A DNA stretch of 64,000 nt from an uncultured archaeon (GTDB lineage Archaea > Iainarchaeota > Iainarchaeia > Iainarchaeales > JAAZKV01): positions 33,633 to 97,632 of the forward strand of contig CAZUCF010000001.1 of NCBI GenBank assembly GCA_964619405.1. The letters run 5' to 3'. Position numbers and translations under genes: made by a program. Positions 40,095-49,992 of this stretch are shown in pieces. Position 1 is the stretch's first letter. Every line of letters begins with the position of its first letter. The notes under the pieces were generated by a model. It searched no databases and was not told the DNA's origin. It saw only the letters and a program-made list of their open reading frames with translations.

Positions 40095-41681
40095 TTAATT
40101 CACTAATTTTTTTGAAACATATGTTCCATCATTCTCATAACAAAAGTTTTTTCTATAATACTCTTTTACTCCTAACCCAGAAATAATAACCATTTTTTTT
40201 GAATCAAACTCTTCTTTCGCTATTCGCTCTGCTTCTTCAATAAGAGTTTTGCCATAACCAAGGTGTTGTGTTGAATCAACATCTTTCTCACCAACACCAA
40301 GTGTTTTCCCATAAACATGCAATTCTCTTATTATAGCAGTATTATCATTTATTTGTTTTACAAATGGTTCAAAAGGTTTTCTTAAACGAGCAAAACCATA
40401 CAAACATTCTTTTGACTCCATAGAAATAAAAACTTCTTTACCTTTAGAAGAATTATAAAAAATAGTTTTTAGTTTAGGATTTTTATCAACTATTTTGTTT
40501 TGCCTTGAAAATAATCCTATTTCCCTACACCTAATACAATTACACTTTTTTCCTTCTTTAACTAATTGTTTTTCAATTAATTGTCTTAAATTAGTCTTTT
40601 TTATCCCCCCACTAATAATATTACTTGGAATATCCCTATTAACACGCATTACCCTTACCCAAGGAGGCAACTCTGATTTTAGTTTTGTTAACAATTTAAT
40701 TGTTTTTTCTTCACTCATTGGAACAAAATTTCCTTTCTCCCAATCACTAAAAAGTTTTGTTCCTTTAATGACAAGACAAGGATAAAATTTTACCATATCA
40801 GGTTTAAAATCAGAATTAGAAAAAATTTTTCTAAAATTTTTTAAATCAATAGAATAATTGCTCCCAGGCAAACCAGGCATTAAATGATAAAGAACCTTAA
40901 AACCAGAGTCCTTCAATAATCTTGTTGAATTAATAACAGAATTAACATCATGCCCCCGATTAATTTTTTTATAAATTTTGTTATCAGGATTTTGAACACC
41001 CAATTCAACCCTTGTGCCACCAAGAAAAAGCATTTGTTCAACATCTTTTTTAGAACACAAATCAGGCCTTGTTTCAAAAGTTATTCCAACTATTCGTCTT
41101 GAAGAAATCTCAGCAAATTTTTTTGACAACAAAAAAGAACTTGAATCTTTTTTGGTAACCGCATCAATGCTTGATTTAACAATTTTTTCCTGACTCTTTT
41201 TTGGGAGAGCAGTAAAAGAACTACCTTGAAAAATTAATTCTATTTTCTTAGCATTATTACCAGTAGCATCTAATTGATTAATTCTATTTGAAACAATTTT
41301 GTAAGAATCATAATCAAATCTTTGTGCTCTAAGAGTTGAAGGCTCAAAACCAGTGTATGATTGAGGCGCTTTTTTATTTTCAAAAGAAGACGGACAATAA
41401 ACACACTTTCCAGGGCATTTAAAAGGAGGGAGCATTACAGCTATTACTTGAACACCCGAAAGACTTCTCGTAGGTTTTATTGAAAGTAATCCCAAAATTT
41501 TTTTAGAAGGTTTTTTTACAAAAGAAAGAATGAATGGCCTTGTTGGAACTTCGGTCAAAGAAAATTTTTTACAATAATCAAACTGCACTAACTCAATATC
41601 GCGCAAAGAATTTATTTTATTATTTTCAATGTCAAATATTATTTGTTTTGCAAAAGCAACTCTATTTTTAAAAGAATCCAT
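40095..41681 (-). CDS. elp3: Elp3 tRNA uridine(34) acetyltransferase (radical SAM + GNAT)
   Basis: KPTRSLSGV, CPGKCVYCP, ETRPD, VELGVQ, CNCIRCRE, RELHVYG, QHLGYG. Confidence 0.96.
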   Translation of the reverse strand: MDSFKNRVAFAKQIIFDIENNKINSLRDIELVQFDYCKKFSLTEVPTRPFILSFVKKPSKKILGLLSIKPTRSLSGVQVIAVMLPPFKCPGKCVYCPSSFENKKAPQSYTGFEPSTLRAQRFDYDSYKIVSNRINQLDATGNNAKKIELIFQGSSFTALPKKSQEKIVKSSIDAVTKKDSSSFLLSKKFAEISSRRIVGITFETRPDLCSKKDVEQMLFLGGTRVELGVQNPDNKIYKKINRGHDVNSVINSTRLLKDSGFKVLYHLMPGLPGSNYSIDLKNFRKIFSNSDFKPDMVKFYPCLVIKGTKLFSDWEKGNFVPMSEEKTIKLLTKLKSELPPWVRVMRVNRDIPSNIISGGIKKTNLRQLIEKQLVKEGKKCNCIRCREIGLFSRQNKIVDKNPKLKTIFYNSSKGKEVFISMESKECLYGFARLRKPFEPFVKQINDNTAIIRELHVYGKTLGVGEKDVDSTQHLGYGKTLIEEAERIAKEEFDSKKMVIISGLGVKEYYRKNFCYENDGTYVSKKLVN

Positions 41682-41696
41682 AAAAATAATCAAAAA

Positions 41697-42491
41697 TTAA
41701 TTAAAAATTGATGTTAAAACACCAGTTAGAAAATAACTTGGAAGAATAGATATTGAGAAAAACGGAAAACCATTCAAAGATGATTCCAATTTATAAGTTA
41801 TTGTTTGAGATGTTTTTGAAGAAAGCGTAAAACTCTTTGAATAATAATCACTTTGCATTATTATTTTAGTTAAAAAATGATGTTCACCGTGAATTCTTGG
41901 AAAAACAATTATTTTTTCAATAATCTTACTTTGCTTAGGAACTATTATTTCTTTATAATATTTTTTCCCAAAATAATTTTCACCAAGCCAATACCAAGGT
42001 AATCCAACTTCAATTTTAAAAACAGCATCCGCATCAGAATTATTTATTAAGAGAAAACTATACTCTGCAGAATCGTTAACAAAAACATTTGATGAATAAT
42101 TAAGTAATGTTGAATCAAGCAAAGAATCCTCAACTGAGAAAAAAACATTTACTGATTCTGAAGAAGATATTCCTTGCAACGTAAAAGAAAAATTATAATT
42201 TGTTTTTGGTGTTCGTTCATTAGAAACAATTATTATTTTGAATGACTCTAAATAATCCTTTACCGATACTGAAAAAAAATCTGGTAATTCAGAAGTTATC
42301 TTCAAAGAATCAAAAAATCCAAGTTCTTTTGAAACAATTAATTCGAGGGTTTGACCAGGAACAATTGAACCAACGAAAGAATTATCAATTAAATCTTTAG
42401 AAATTGGCTCAACAAGCCTTATTGCAAAAGCATTACTAATCAAGAATAAAAATAATATTAAAAATAAAGCCTTTTTAAACATTATAACCAA
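41697..42491 (-). CDS. Hypothetical secreted/membrane-anchored protein
   Basis: Signal-peptide-like N-terminus (FKKALFLILFLFLISNAFA), beta-rich body, hydrophobic C-terminus. Confidence 0.65.
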   Translation of the reverse strand: MVIMFKKALFLILFLFLISNAFAIRLVEPISKDLIDNSFVGSIVPGQTLELIVSKELGFFDSLKITSELPDFFSVSVKDYLESFKIIIVSNERTPKTNYNFSFTLQGISSSESVNVFFSVEDSLLDSTLLNYSSNVFVNDSAEYSFLLINNSDADAVFKIEVGLPWYWLGENYFGKKYYKEIIVPKQSKIIEKIIVFPRIHGEHHFLTKIIMQSDYYSKSFTLSSKTSQTITYKLESSLNGFPFFSISILPSYFLTGVLTSIFN

Positions 42492-42528
42492 AAAATTGTT
42501 GAAAGGAACAAAATAAAAAGGTTATTTT

Positions 42529-43116
42529 ATGGATAAAAAAGAAACTATTTTTCAAATGATAAAAGAACATCATAAAAAAACATTTGAAAAAGCAATAAAA
42601 GAAGGAAAAATGGATCTCGAATTTATTCCATTGTGCAAACACATAGCAAAAACAAAAAACTTTTTTACTAGTAGTTGTTGCGCGGGAAGAATAGTTTTAG
42701 TAAGTTTGGATCAAAAAGAAAGAAAAAAAGAAAGCGCTTTTCACAGAAAATGGCATAGAAAAGTAAATTACAACGAAGTAAAAAAAGGAGTTGATCTTTT
42801 CAACGGAGAAGTATTATGGTTAAAACAAGAACCAATAATATTACATATTGGAGCAAAAGATTTGGAAAACTCAAAAAAAATATTAGCAATTTGTGAAAAA
42901 GTTGGTGTTAAACGATTTGGAATCAAAGTTGCCAAAGAAGGGAAATTCTTAATTGAAATAGTTGGAACACATAGTATCAACATACCAATAAAAGAAGGAA
43001 AAATTGTTATTAGCGATGAATATTTGAAATACATTCTAAAAAAATGCAACAAAAAGTTTGAGAAAAACCAAGCAACATTAAAAAATTTTACAAAAGAAAT
43101 AAAAAAAATAAAGTGA
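42529..43116 (+). CDS. taw3: tRNA wyosine-derivative methyltransferase Taw3/TYW3
   Basis: FFTSSCCAGRI, KWH, EPIILHI. Confidence 0.88.
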   Translation: MDKKETIFQMIKEHHKKTFEKAIKEGKMDLEFIPLCKHIAKTKNFFTSSCCAGRIVLVSLDQKERKKESAFHRKWHRKVNYNEVKKGVDLFNGEVLWLKQEPIILHIGAKDLENSKKILAICEKVGVKRFGIKVAKEGKFLIEIVGTHSINIPIKEGKIVISDEYLKYILKKCNKKFEKNQATLKNFTKEIKKIK

Positions 43117-43313
43117 TTAAACTAAAAATATGCAAACAATAAAACAAAAAATAGAAAATAAATAAACAATAAACTGAATATTGAAAACAAAAAATTAAAC
43201 TAAACTTGCAAAAAAATAAACAATTTATAGAATATAACAAAAAATTAAACTAAAATAACATTTCAAAAATTAATTTATTTATAAATTAAAAATAATAAAA
43301 AACTAAATTTTAA

Positions 43314-44837
43314 TTAGTTTTTACCTAATATTGTTGACAAAACTTTTTCTGGTGAAAAATAATAACTTTGAATAACTTCAAGAATTTCTTCAGGTTTTGA
43401 AAAATCATTTTCAACCATCCAAGACAAAATCAATTGTCTAGTTTCAATTTCCTTTTTCAAAACATTTTTTTCAATTGAATTTTGCTCGGCAAATTTTTCA
43501 ATAACATGACTTGGAATATTTGTCCTAGTTAAAGAAGAATTATTTAATTCAAAAACATTTGCTAACAAAATCTTATCATCCATTCTTGAGACCTCTGAAA
43601 TTTGCGAAACTTTTCTAATAACCCCTTCTTTAGAAAAATTTTTTTGCAAAACAACAATTAAATCAACCAAAGACAATAATGATTTAGGAACATCAAATGG
43701 TTTTTCACATAACTTATCAACGGTTTCTCTAGCATTGTTAGCATGAATAGTTCCAAGACAACCAGAATGCCCATTATTCATTGCAGTAAAAAGTGTTAAT
43801 GCTTCACTACCCCTTACTTCACCAACAATTATTCTGTCAGGCCTCATTCTCAAAGAATTTTTTAATAAATAATTCATTGAAATTTCATTATCTTTTGAAT
43901 GAATTGCTTCTAAAGCAACCCAGTTCTCCCTATTAAGAAAATTTAGTTCAAGAGTATCTTCTATTGAAATAATCCTTTCATTTAATCTAATAAAATTTGA
44001 TAGAACAGAGAGAAAAGCAGTTTTTCCTGTTGCTGTTCCACCAACAATAAGAATGTTTTTTGGGTTAACCCCAAACCCATCAACCATTACCCACAAGAAA
44101 GCAGCAGCATCAACATTAATAGTATTATTTTTTATCAAATCAATAATTGAAAGCGGATTATGAGAAAACTTTCTAATTGTAAGAGAAACCCCTTTTGGAG
44201 AAATATTATTCATTGTTGCATTTATCCTGCTACCATCAGGCAAATGAGCATCAAGCAAAGGATTATTATAATTAAATTCTTTCCCAACACTAAAAGCTAT
44301 TTTTTGAACCAAATTATTAAAACTTTTTTCATCAAGAACAAGATTAGTCTTACACACGCCAAATTCTTTATGAAAAACAAAAACCTCGTTTAAAGCATTA
44401 ATCATTAATTCTTCAAAACCTTTTTCAATAAAAAAAAAAGATAATTGTTTCAAACCAATCGCATTATGAAAAACAGTTTCAGCAAAAATAGATTTGTTTG
44501 AAATAAAATCAATATCTTTAATCAAATAAATTAATGATTCCACAAGCGAAACAAATAATTTCAAAGAAGAAATCTTTTCCAACAAACCATTTAAATCAAT
44601 AACCGAAATAATATTTTCCCTAAAATTAGACAAAAAATCTTCTGAAACACCAAAATCATTTATTTCAGAAAAAGATGCCTTCCTTTTAATAATATCTTCT
44701 AAAAAAAAAGCAAATTTTTGCTCTTTTTCAGAAAAATACACTTCTTTTAAATCATAATAATTATGCGCAAGACCCTTGTAGAATACGCCAAGTTCAGATT
44801 CATGCATTTTACCCAAACGAATCTCATTAAACTTCAT
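43314..44837 (-). CDS. Second VirB11/CpaF-family secretion ATPase (no intein)
   Basis: PLLDAHLPDGSRINA, GGTATGKT, SIEDTLEL, LRMRPDRIIVGEVRG, GHSGCLGTIHAN. Confidence 0.92.
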   Translation of the reverse strand: MKFNEIRLGKMHESELGVFYKGLAHNYYDLKEVYFSEKEQKFAFFLEDIIKRKASFSEINDFGVSEDFLSNFRENIISVIDLNGLLEKISSLKLFVSLVESLIYLIKDIDFISNKSIFAETVFHNAIGLKQLSFFFIEKGFEELMINALNEVFVFHKEFGVCKTNLVLDEKSFNNLVQKIAFSVGKEFNYNNPLLDAHLPDGSRINATMNNISPKGVSLTIRKFSHNPLSIIDLIKNNTINVDAAAFLWVMVDGFGVNPKNILIVGGTATGKTAFLSVLSNFIRLNERIISIEDTLELNFLNRENWVALEAIHSKDNEISMNYLLKNSLRMRPDRIIVGEVRGSEALTLFTAMNNGHSGCLGTIHANNARETVDKLCEKPFDVPKSLLSLVDLIVVLQKNFSKEGVIRKVSQISEVSRMDDKILLANVFELNNSSLTRTNIPSHVIEKFAEQNSIEKNVLKKEIETRQLILSWMVENDFSKPEEILEVIQSYYFSPEKVLSTILGKN

Positions 44838-44876
44838 GCAAATGATTTATATAAAAAGTAGTATAATAAGCTTATT

Positions 44877-46262
44877 ATGAACAACAATAAAAAAAATATT
44901 AATAAAAACAAAAACAAGGAAATTATTACAAAAATTTGTAAAAAAATATTAAAAAAAATTACTCCAACCAAAGAAGAATTAATCGAAGAAAAAAAAATTT
45001 TTGAGGAAATAAAACAAAAAGTTTCTAAAATTAACGGAAAACAATCATATTTGGAATGGTGCGGAAGTAGTGCGAGAAACACTCACTTGAGAAATGACAG
45101 AGATTTAGATTTATTTATAATGTTTGATAAACAATTAAGTGACCAAGAATTAGAAAAAGAAGGATTAAAAATAGGAAAAAAAGTTTTTAAAGGAAACAAA
45201 TGGGAAAAAGCGTACTCACAACACCCATACATAAGAGGAATAATAAAAGGGTTTGACATTGAAATAGTCCCAGGATACATTGTTAAAAGTGGTTCCGAAA
45301 AAAAAAGTGCTGTTGACAGAACGCCATTCCATAACAAATACTTATTAGAAAGATTTTCTAAAAAACAAAAAAATGAAGTAAGATTACTCAAACAATTCCT
45401 AAAAGGAATTGATGCTTATGGCGCAGATTTAAAGAATTGTGCTTTGCCAGGATACGGAATAGAATTAATAATACTAAAATATGGTAGTTTTCAAAAAGCT
45501 TTGAAAGAAATTTCAAAATGGCAAAAAGGAATAATAATAAAATTTAATAGCGAAGAAGAAAAATTTGATACACCATTAACAATAATTGATCCTGTTGACC
45601 CAAAAAGAAATGTTGCATCAGCATTAACAACAGAACAATTTGAGAAAATGATTTATGCGAGCAAATTGTTTTTGCAAAAACCTAACAAAAAATTTTTTTT
45701 CCGAAAAAAAGTAAGGGCTTGGCCAAAACAAAAAGTAAAAAAAATGTTGGAGAAAAAAGAGTTGATTGCATTAAAAACAATTTTTCCTCAAAAAGGATTA
45801 AAGGATTTGATTTGGGGGCAATTAAGAAGAACCCTAAAAAAAATATCAAACACATTACAAGAAAATGATTTTGTTGTTTTAAGACAAAGATTATGGAGTA
45901 ATGAAAAAGAAGTGTGGTTCATATTTGAATTAGAATCATTAGAATTGCAAAAATCAAAAAAAATAATTGGACCAAAAGCAAGTGACGAAGAAAATGTTAA
46001 AAAGTTTTTAGAAAAGAAAAAGATTCTTAGCGGACCAAGGATTGAGAATGAACGCATTATAATAGAAATTGAGAGAAAACAAAACAAGGCAAGTGAAATA
46101 CTTAAAGAATTTGTGAAAAAATATAGTAAAGACGAAAAAAAAGATGTGAAAAAAATGTTGAAAACAGGGAAAGTTGTTTTCGAAAAAGAAATGCTTAAAG
46201 AATACAAGGGAGAATTTGCAAAGTTTTTTACAAAATACTTGAAAGGAAAAGAAATATTCTAA
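44877..46262 (+). CDS. cca: CCA-adding enzyme, archaeal class I
   Basis: GSSARNTHLRNDRDLDLF, YSQHPY, SAVDRTPFH, IIDPVDPKRNVASA. Confidence 0.95.
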   Translation: MNNNKKNINKNKNKEIITKICKKILKKITPTKEELIEEKKIFEEIKQKVSKINGKQSYLEWCGSSARNTHLRNDRDLDLFIMFDKQLSDQELEKEGLKIGKKVFKGNKWEKAYSQHPYIRGIIKGFDIEIVPGYIVKSGSEKKSAVDRTPFHNKYLLERFSKKQKNEVRLLKQFLKGIDAYGADLKNCALPGYGIELIILKYGSFQKALKEISKWQKGIIIKFNSEEEKFDTPLTIIDPVDPKRNVASALTTEQFEKMIYASKLFLQKPNKKFFFRKKVRAWPKQKVKKMLEKKELIALKTIFPQKGLKDLIWGQLRRTLKKISNTLQENDFVVLRQRLWSNEKEVWFIFELESLELQKSKKIIGPKASDEENVKKFLEKKKILSGPRIENERIIIEIERKQNKASEILKEFVKKYSKDEKKDVKKMLKTGKVVFEKEMLKEYKGEFAKFFTKYLKGKEIF

Positions 46263-46321
46263 TAAAAGTTTTCAAACAAAACATTAATAAATAAAAAAAA
46301 ATAAATTATTTCGGTGATTTA

Positions 46322-46573
46322 ATGCCAAGATATGCTGGACAAGGAAGTGCTATAAGTAAAAGAAAAAAACAAATTTCAAGAGTCACAAAAATCCCAAAAA
46401 GGAAAGTAAAATTTAACATGGCTATTAAAAAAACAGGTTTAAGAATTCCAAAAATGGGACTGGCAAGGCCCGGCGCGGTAATAAGAGTACCAGCTAACAC
46501 TAATGTTAACAAAGCACTAAAAAAAATGAAGAGACTTAACCCAAGAACATTGCAAAAAGAAAGAAGAAGATAA
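46322..46573 (+). CDS. Small highly basic hypothetical protein
   Basis: SD GGTGA upstream; very K/R-rich; no recognised family. Confidence 0.65.
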   Translation: MPRYAGQGSAISKRKKQISRVTKIPKRKVKFNMAIKKTGLRIPKMGLARPGAVIRVPANTNVNKALKKMKRLNPRTLQKERRR

Positions 46574-46660
46574 AATAAAAACTATTTAATTTAACAAATA
46601 TAAGTATACAATTAAATACAAAAACTAAATCAAAAAATTAAGTAATTCACTTTGATAAAA

Positions 46661-46745
46661 CGGGCCCGGAGGGAATCGAACCCCCATCTCAAGATCGCTA
46701 CAATAATGCCGAAGTCTTGCCGGTTATCCATTGCCACACGAGCCC
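46661..46745 (-). tRNA. tRNA-Arg(TCG) with 13-nt intron at 37/38 (46696-46708)
   Basis: Acceptor GGGCTCG/CGGGCCC, anticodon stem CAAGA/TCTTG with CT-TCG-G|CATTATTGTAGCG|A, T arm GGGGG-TTCGATT-CCCTC; CCA not encoded. Confidence 0.92.
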
Positions 46746-46891
46746 ATAATATAATTGTGTTAAAGAAGTTTTTAATATTAATTAAAACAACCATTAAAGA
46801 TTTCTTTTATAAAGGTTATCAATTAAAAAATAAATTATCAGAGAACTTAAAATTAACAAAAAATAAGATATTGATTAAAAAAGGTGAATTT

Positions 46892-47047
46892 ATGAAAAAA
46901 TGTACTAGTTGTAACAAAATAGTTACAGATGACAAAACAGAGTTCAAATGCCCGAGTTGTGGAAAAGAAACAATAATTAGGTGTAACTCTTGTAAAATGA
47001 CATCAAAAGAATATACTTGTAAAGAATGCGGTTTTGTGGGGCCTTAG
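46892..47047 (+). CDS. Small zinc-finger protein (DUF1610/HVO_2753-like)
   Basis: Four CxxC motifs, FKCPSCG, ends YTCKECGFVGP; SD GGTGA; upstream of EF-1beta. Confidence 0.92.
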   Translation: MKKCTSCNKIVTDDKTEFKCPSCGKETIIRCNSCKMTSKEYTCKECGFVGP

Positions 47048-47049
47048 AA

Positions 47050-47316
47050 ATGGGAAAAGCAATGGTCATTTTCAAGGTTTTTTCGGACCCTGAAAAAATG
47101 GATGCTGTTACAGTAGCTTTAAAAAGTATTGAAATAGACCAAGTAAAATTTCAAGATTTGAAAAGAGAACCAATTGGTTTTGGAATCGAAGTTATAAGAG
47201 TCGGATATATTGTACCAGATAAAACTGATGGATTAATGCCCAAACTCGAAGAAGAAATATCAAAAATTGATGGGATTAATCAATTAGAAGTAGATGGTGT
47301 AACACTAATTTCTTAA
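47050..47316 (+). CDS. ef1b: Translation elongation factor aEF-1beta
   Basis: REPIGFGI motif, 88 aa, follows the DUF1610 gene. Confidence 0.9.
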   Translation: MGKAMVIFKVFSDPEKMDAVTVALKSIEIDQVKFQDLKREPIGFGIEVIRVGYIVPDKTDGLMPKLEEEISKIDGINQLEVDGVTLIS

Positions 47317-47450
47317 AAACTAAACATTAACAAAATATTAAAATAATAAAACTTTACATGAATTGTTAACCAAATAATTCATAAAAATAATACTTAATAA
47401 AAAGCGAATTTTGGCATTGCCTTTTATTCTTTTTTAAGTTAAAATTATTT

Positions 47451-49502
47451 ATGATAAAAACACTGGAATTAAAAAATTGGCGAACACACAAACAATCCAT
47501 TTTTGAGTTTGGAAAAGGAACAAACGTAATAATAGGTGTGATGGGTTCAGGAAAAAGTTCAATAATGAATGCGCTAAGTTATTCTTTATTTGGAAACTTT
47601 CCATCATTAAAAAGCAAACAAGTATCACTCAACGAAATAATAATGAACAAACCAAACCCTTGTATTGAAACTGAAACAAAATTAACTTTTACAAATAATG
47701 AAAAAGAATATACTGTTCAAAGAATAATAAAAAACAACGGAACAAACGAAGCAAAATTATTTGAAGGAAATATGTTAATTGCCGGCCCAAAACAAAAAGA
47801 TGTTAACGAAAAAATTGAGAAACTTCTTGGATTAAATTATGAATTATTTAGTAGAGCCGCATATTCAGAACAAAATGAAATCGATTTTTTTCTCAAATTG
47901 ACTCCGAGTGAAAGAAAAAGAAAATTTGATGAATTATTAGAATTAGAAAAATATGAAATTGCAAGAAAAAACGCAATTAGCTTGAAAAATCAATTTACAA
48001 GAGAAAACAAACAACAAAAAGAATTTATTGAACAACAAAAAGAAATTGTAAAAAATTATGAAGAAAATAAAATACTTGAACGAATACAAAAAGAAAAAAA
48101 TGATATTAATGATTTGAAACAACAAAAAGAAGTTCTTGCAAAAAAAACAATTGAAGGAAAAGCAAAAATAGGAGAACTTGAAAAAAAAGAAATTGTTTTT
48201 AATCAAACAAGAGATGAAATAACAAAGAATTCTTCAAAGTTAGAAACACTAATTGAAAAATTAGAGGAAAAAGAAAAAATTGATTTAATAAAAATTAATA
48301 TTGAATTAGAATGCCAAAAAAAATCATTTTCTGAATTAGAAAAAGCCATAAAAGAAAACGAAAATCAAAAAAGCATTTTTGAAGAAAAACAAAAAAAACA
48401 AAACGAAGAATTAAAAGTATTAAATTATAGATTGAAACAGTTTGAAAACGAAGAAAATGAAATAAAAAAAATAAGCGGAAAATGCCCCAAATGTTTACGA
48501 GAATTAACTGAAGAACAAAAAGAAAAAATTATTTTTAATGGAAGAAACTCATTAAAAGAAATTGAAAAAAATATTAATGATATTAAAAAAGAAGAACAAA
48601 TAAATATTGAAATAATAAACAAACACAAAAAAGAAATAGAACAAAATAAAACAAAATTTGATAAAACAAAAGAAAAAATTTTTTTGTTAGAACGAAGCAA
48701 AAAAGAAGCTCAAGAAATTGAACAGTATAAAAAAGAAATTGAATTATTAAAAAAACAGATTCCAGAAAAACAAAAAAAAATTGAAGAACTAAAATTTAAT
48801 AAAAACGATTTTGAAAAAGCAAAAAAAAATTATTTTGAAGAAAAATCATTATTAAACAATGTTGATGAAAAGATTTTAGGCATTGACAAGCTAATAAAAA
48901 GTTTGGAAGAAAATATTGAAAGAATAACAAAAATAAAGTTAAATATAGATTTAATTGAAAAAAAATACGGAAAATTTGATGAAACAACAAAAAAACTAAG
49001 TATTTTTGAAAATTGTTTAATTGCAACACAAAATGAATTAAGAGAAACTTTGTTAGAAACAATTAATGAAGCAATGACACAAATTTGGGGTGTTTTATAC
49101 CCATATAAAGATTTTGTTGACGCCAAACTTTGTGTTGTTGAAAATGGTTATGATTTACAAGTAATGACTAGAAATGGTAATTGGACTAGAGTAGAAGGAA
49201 TACTAAGTGGGGGAGAACGAAGTGCTGCGGCAATTTGCATTAGAATTGCTTTCGCATTAGTACTCACAAAACAATTAAGTATATTTATTTTGGATGAACC
49301 AACACACAATCTTGATAAAAATGCTATAACACGATTAAGTGAAATGTTAAATAATTCTCTTCCAGAATTAGTTGAACAAATATTTGTTATTACACATGAA
49401 AAAGAAATGGAGAAAGCAGCAACAAGCACCCTTTATGAATTACAAAGAAACAAAGATCTAGATGAAGCAACAAAAATAGAAGTGTTGCCATTAAATTATT
49501 AG
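47451..49502 (+). CDS. rad50: Rad50 / SMC-like DNA repair ATPase
   Basis: Walker A GVMGSGKSS, Q-loop YSEQ, zinc hook KCPKC, LSGGE, LDEPT, VITH. Confidence 0.92.
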   Translation: MIKTLELKNWRTHKQSIFEFGKGTNVIIGVMGSGKSSIMNALSYSLFGNFPSLKSKQVSLNEIIMNKPNPCIETETKLTFTNNEKEYTVQRIIKNNGTNEAKLFEGNMLIAGPKQKDVNEKIEKLLGLNYELFSRAAYSEQNEIDFFLKLTPSERKRKFDELLELEKYEIARKNAISLKNQFTRENKQQKEFIEQQKEIVKNYEENKILERIQKEKNDINDLKQQKEVLAKKTIEGKAKIGELEKKEIVFNQTRDEITKNSSKLETLIEKLEEKEKIDLIKINIELECQKKSFSELEKAIKENENQKSIFEEKQKKQNEELKVLNYRLKQFENEENEIKKISGKCPKCLRELTEEQKEKIIFNGRNSLKEIEKNINDIKKEEQINIEIINKHKKEIEQNKTKFDKTKEKIFLLERSKKEAQEIEQYKKEIELLKKQIPEKQKKIEELKFNKNDFEKAKKNYFEEKSLLNNVDEKILGIDKLIKSLEENIERITKIKLNIDLIEKKYGKFDETTKKLSIFENCLIATQNELRETLLETINEAMTQIWGVLYPYKDFVDAKLCVVENGYDLQVMTRNGNWTRVEGILSGGERSAAAICIRIAFALVLTKQLSIFILDEPTHNLDKNAITRLSEMLNNSLPELVEQIFVITHEKEMEKAATSTLYELQRNKDLDEATKIEVLPLNY

Positions 49503-49525
49503 TTTTTTAAAAAAGAATTAAAAAA

Positions 49526-49714
49526 TCACTCTTTCTTAGAAGATAATCTTATAATGTAACCAGATAACACATTTCGATTAGTTTTTGAAAGACCTAATTC
49601 CAATTGTTTTAACTCACTTTTATTTTTATCAAAATCACTACCAAATTTATCAGGCATTTCTTTCAATAGAACTTCGCCTTTGTACTTTAAACCCTTTGAA
49701 ACTGATTTACCCAT
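49526..49714 (-). CDS. rps17e: 30S ribosomal protein S17e
   Basis: FGSDFDKNK...SKTNRNVLSGYI. Confidence 0.9.
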   Translation of the reverse strand: MGKSVSKGLKYKGEVLLKEMPDKFGSDFDKNKSELKQLELGLSKTNRNVLSGYIIRLSSKKE

Positions 49715-49722
49715 AAAAACAC

Positions 49723-49929
49723 CTAAAATAACTCAACTCTTTTTATCAAACCATTTGGATACTTTCTAAGAACACTCATTGGCAAAATATTTTCACCAAG
49801 CTCTTTTTCAGCCACTTCAAGCATTGAAAGTTCTTTTGTTCCTTTAACTAAAGGAGGTGCCCCTAATGACAATTGCAAAGATCTTGCACTAAGAACCCTT
49901 GTTAATTCAAATCTTGTTAACCTAACCAT
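49723..49929 (-). CDS. rpoK: RNA polymerase subunit Rpo6/RpoK
   Basis: LTRFELTRVLSARSLQLSLGAPPLV. Confidence 0.93.
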   Translation of the reverse strand: MVRLTRFELTRVLSARSLQLSLGAPPLVKGTKELSMLEVAEKELGENILPMSVLRKYPNGLIKRVELF

Positions 49930-49992
49930 TGACTCACCAATATAACTAATTCTCAACAAGAAGCTTTAAAAAAGTAGCTTTTTTTATTAATT

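Noticed and set aside
46652..46891. N-terminal extension of the ORF-track 131-aa protein
   Set aside because: Overlaps tRNA-Arg on the opposite strand; the real gene starts at ATG 46892 after a GGTGA SD
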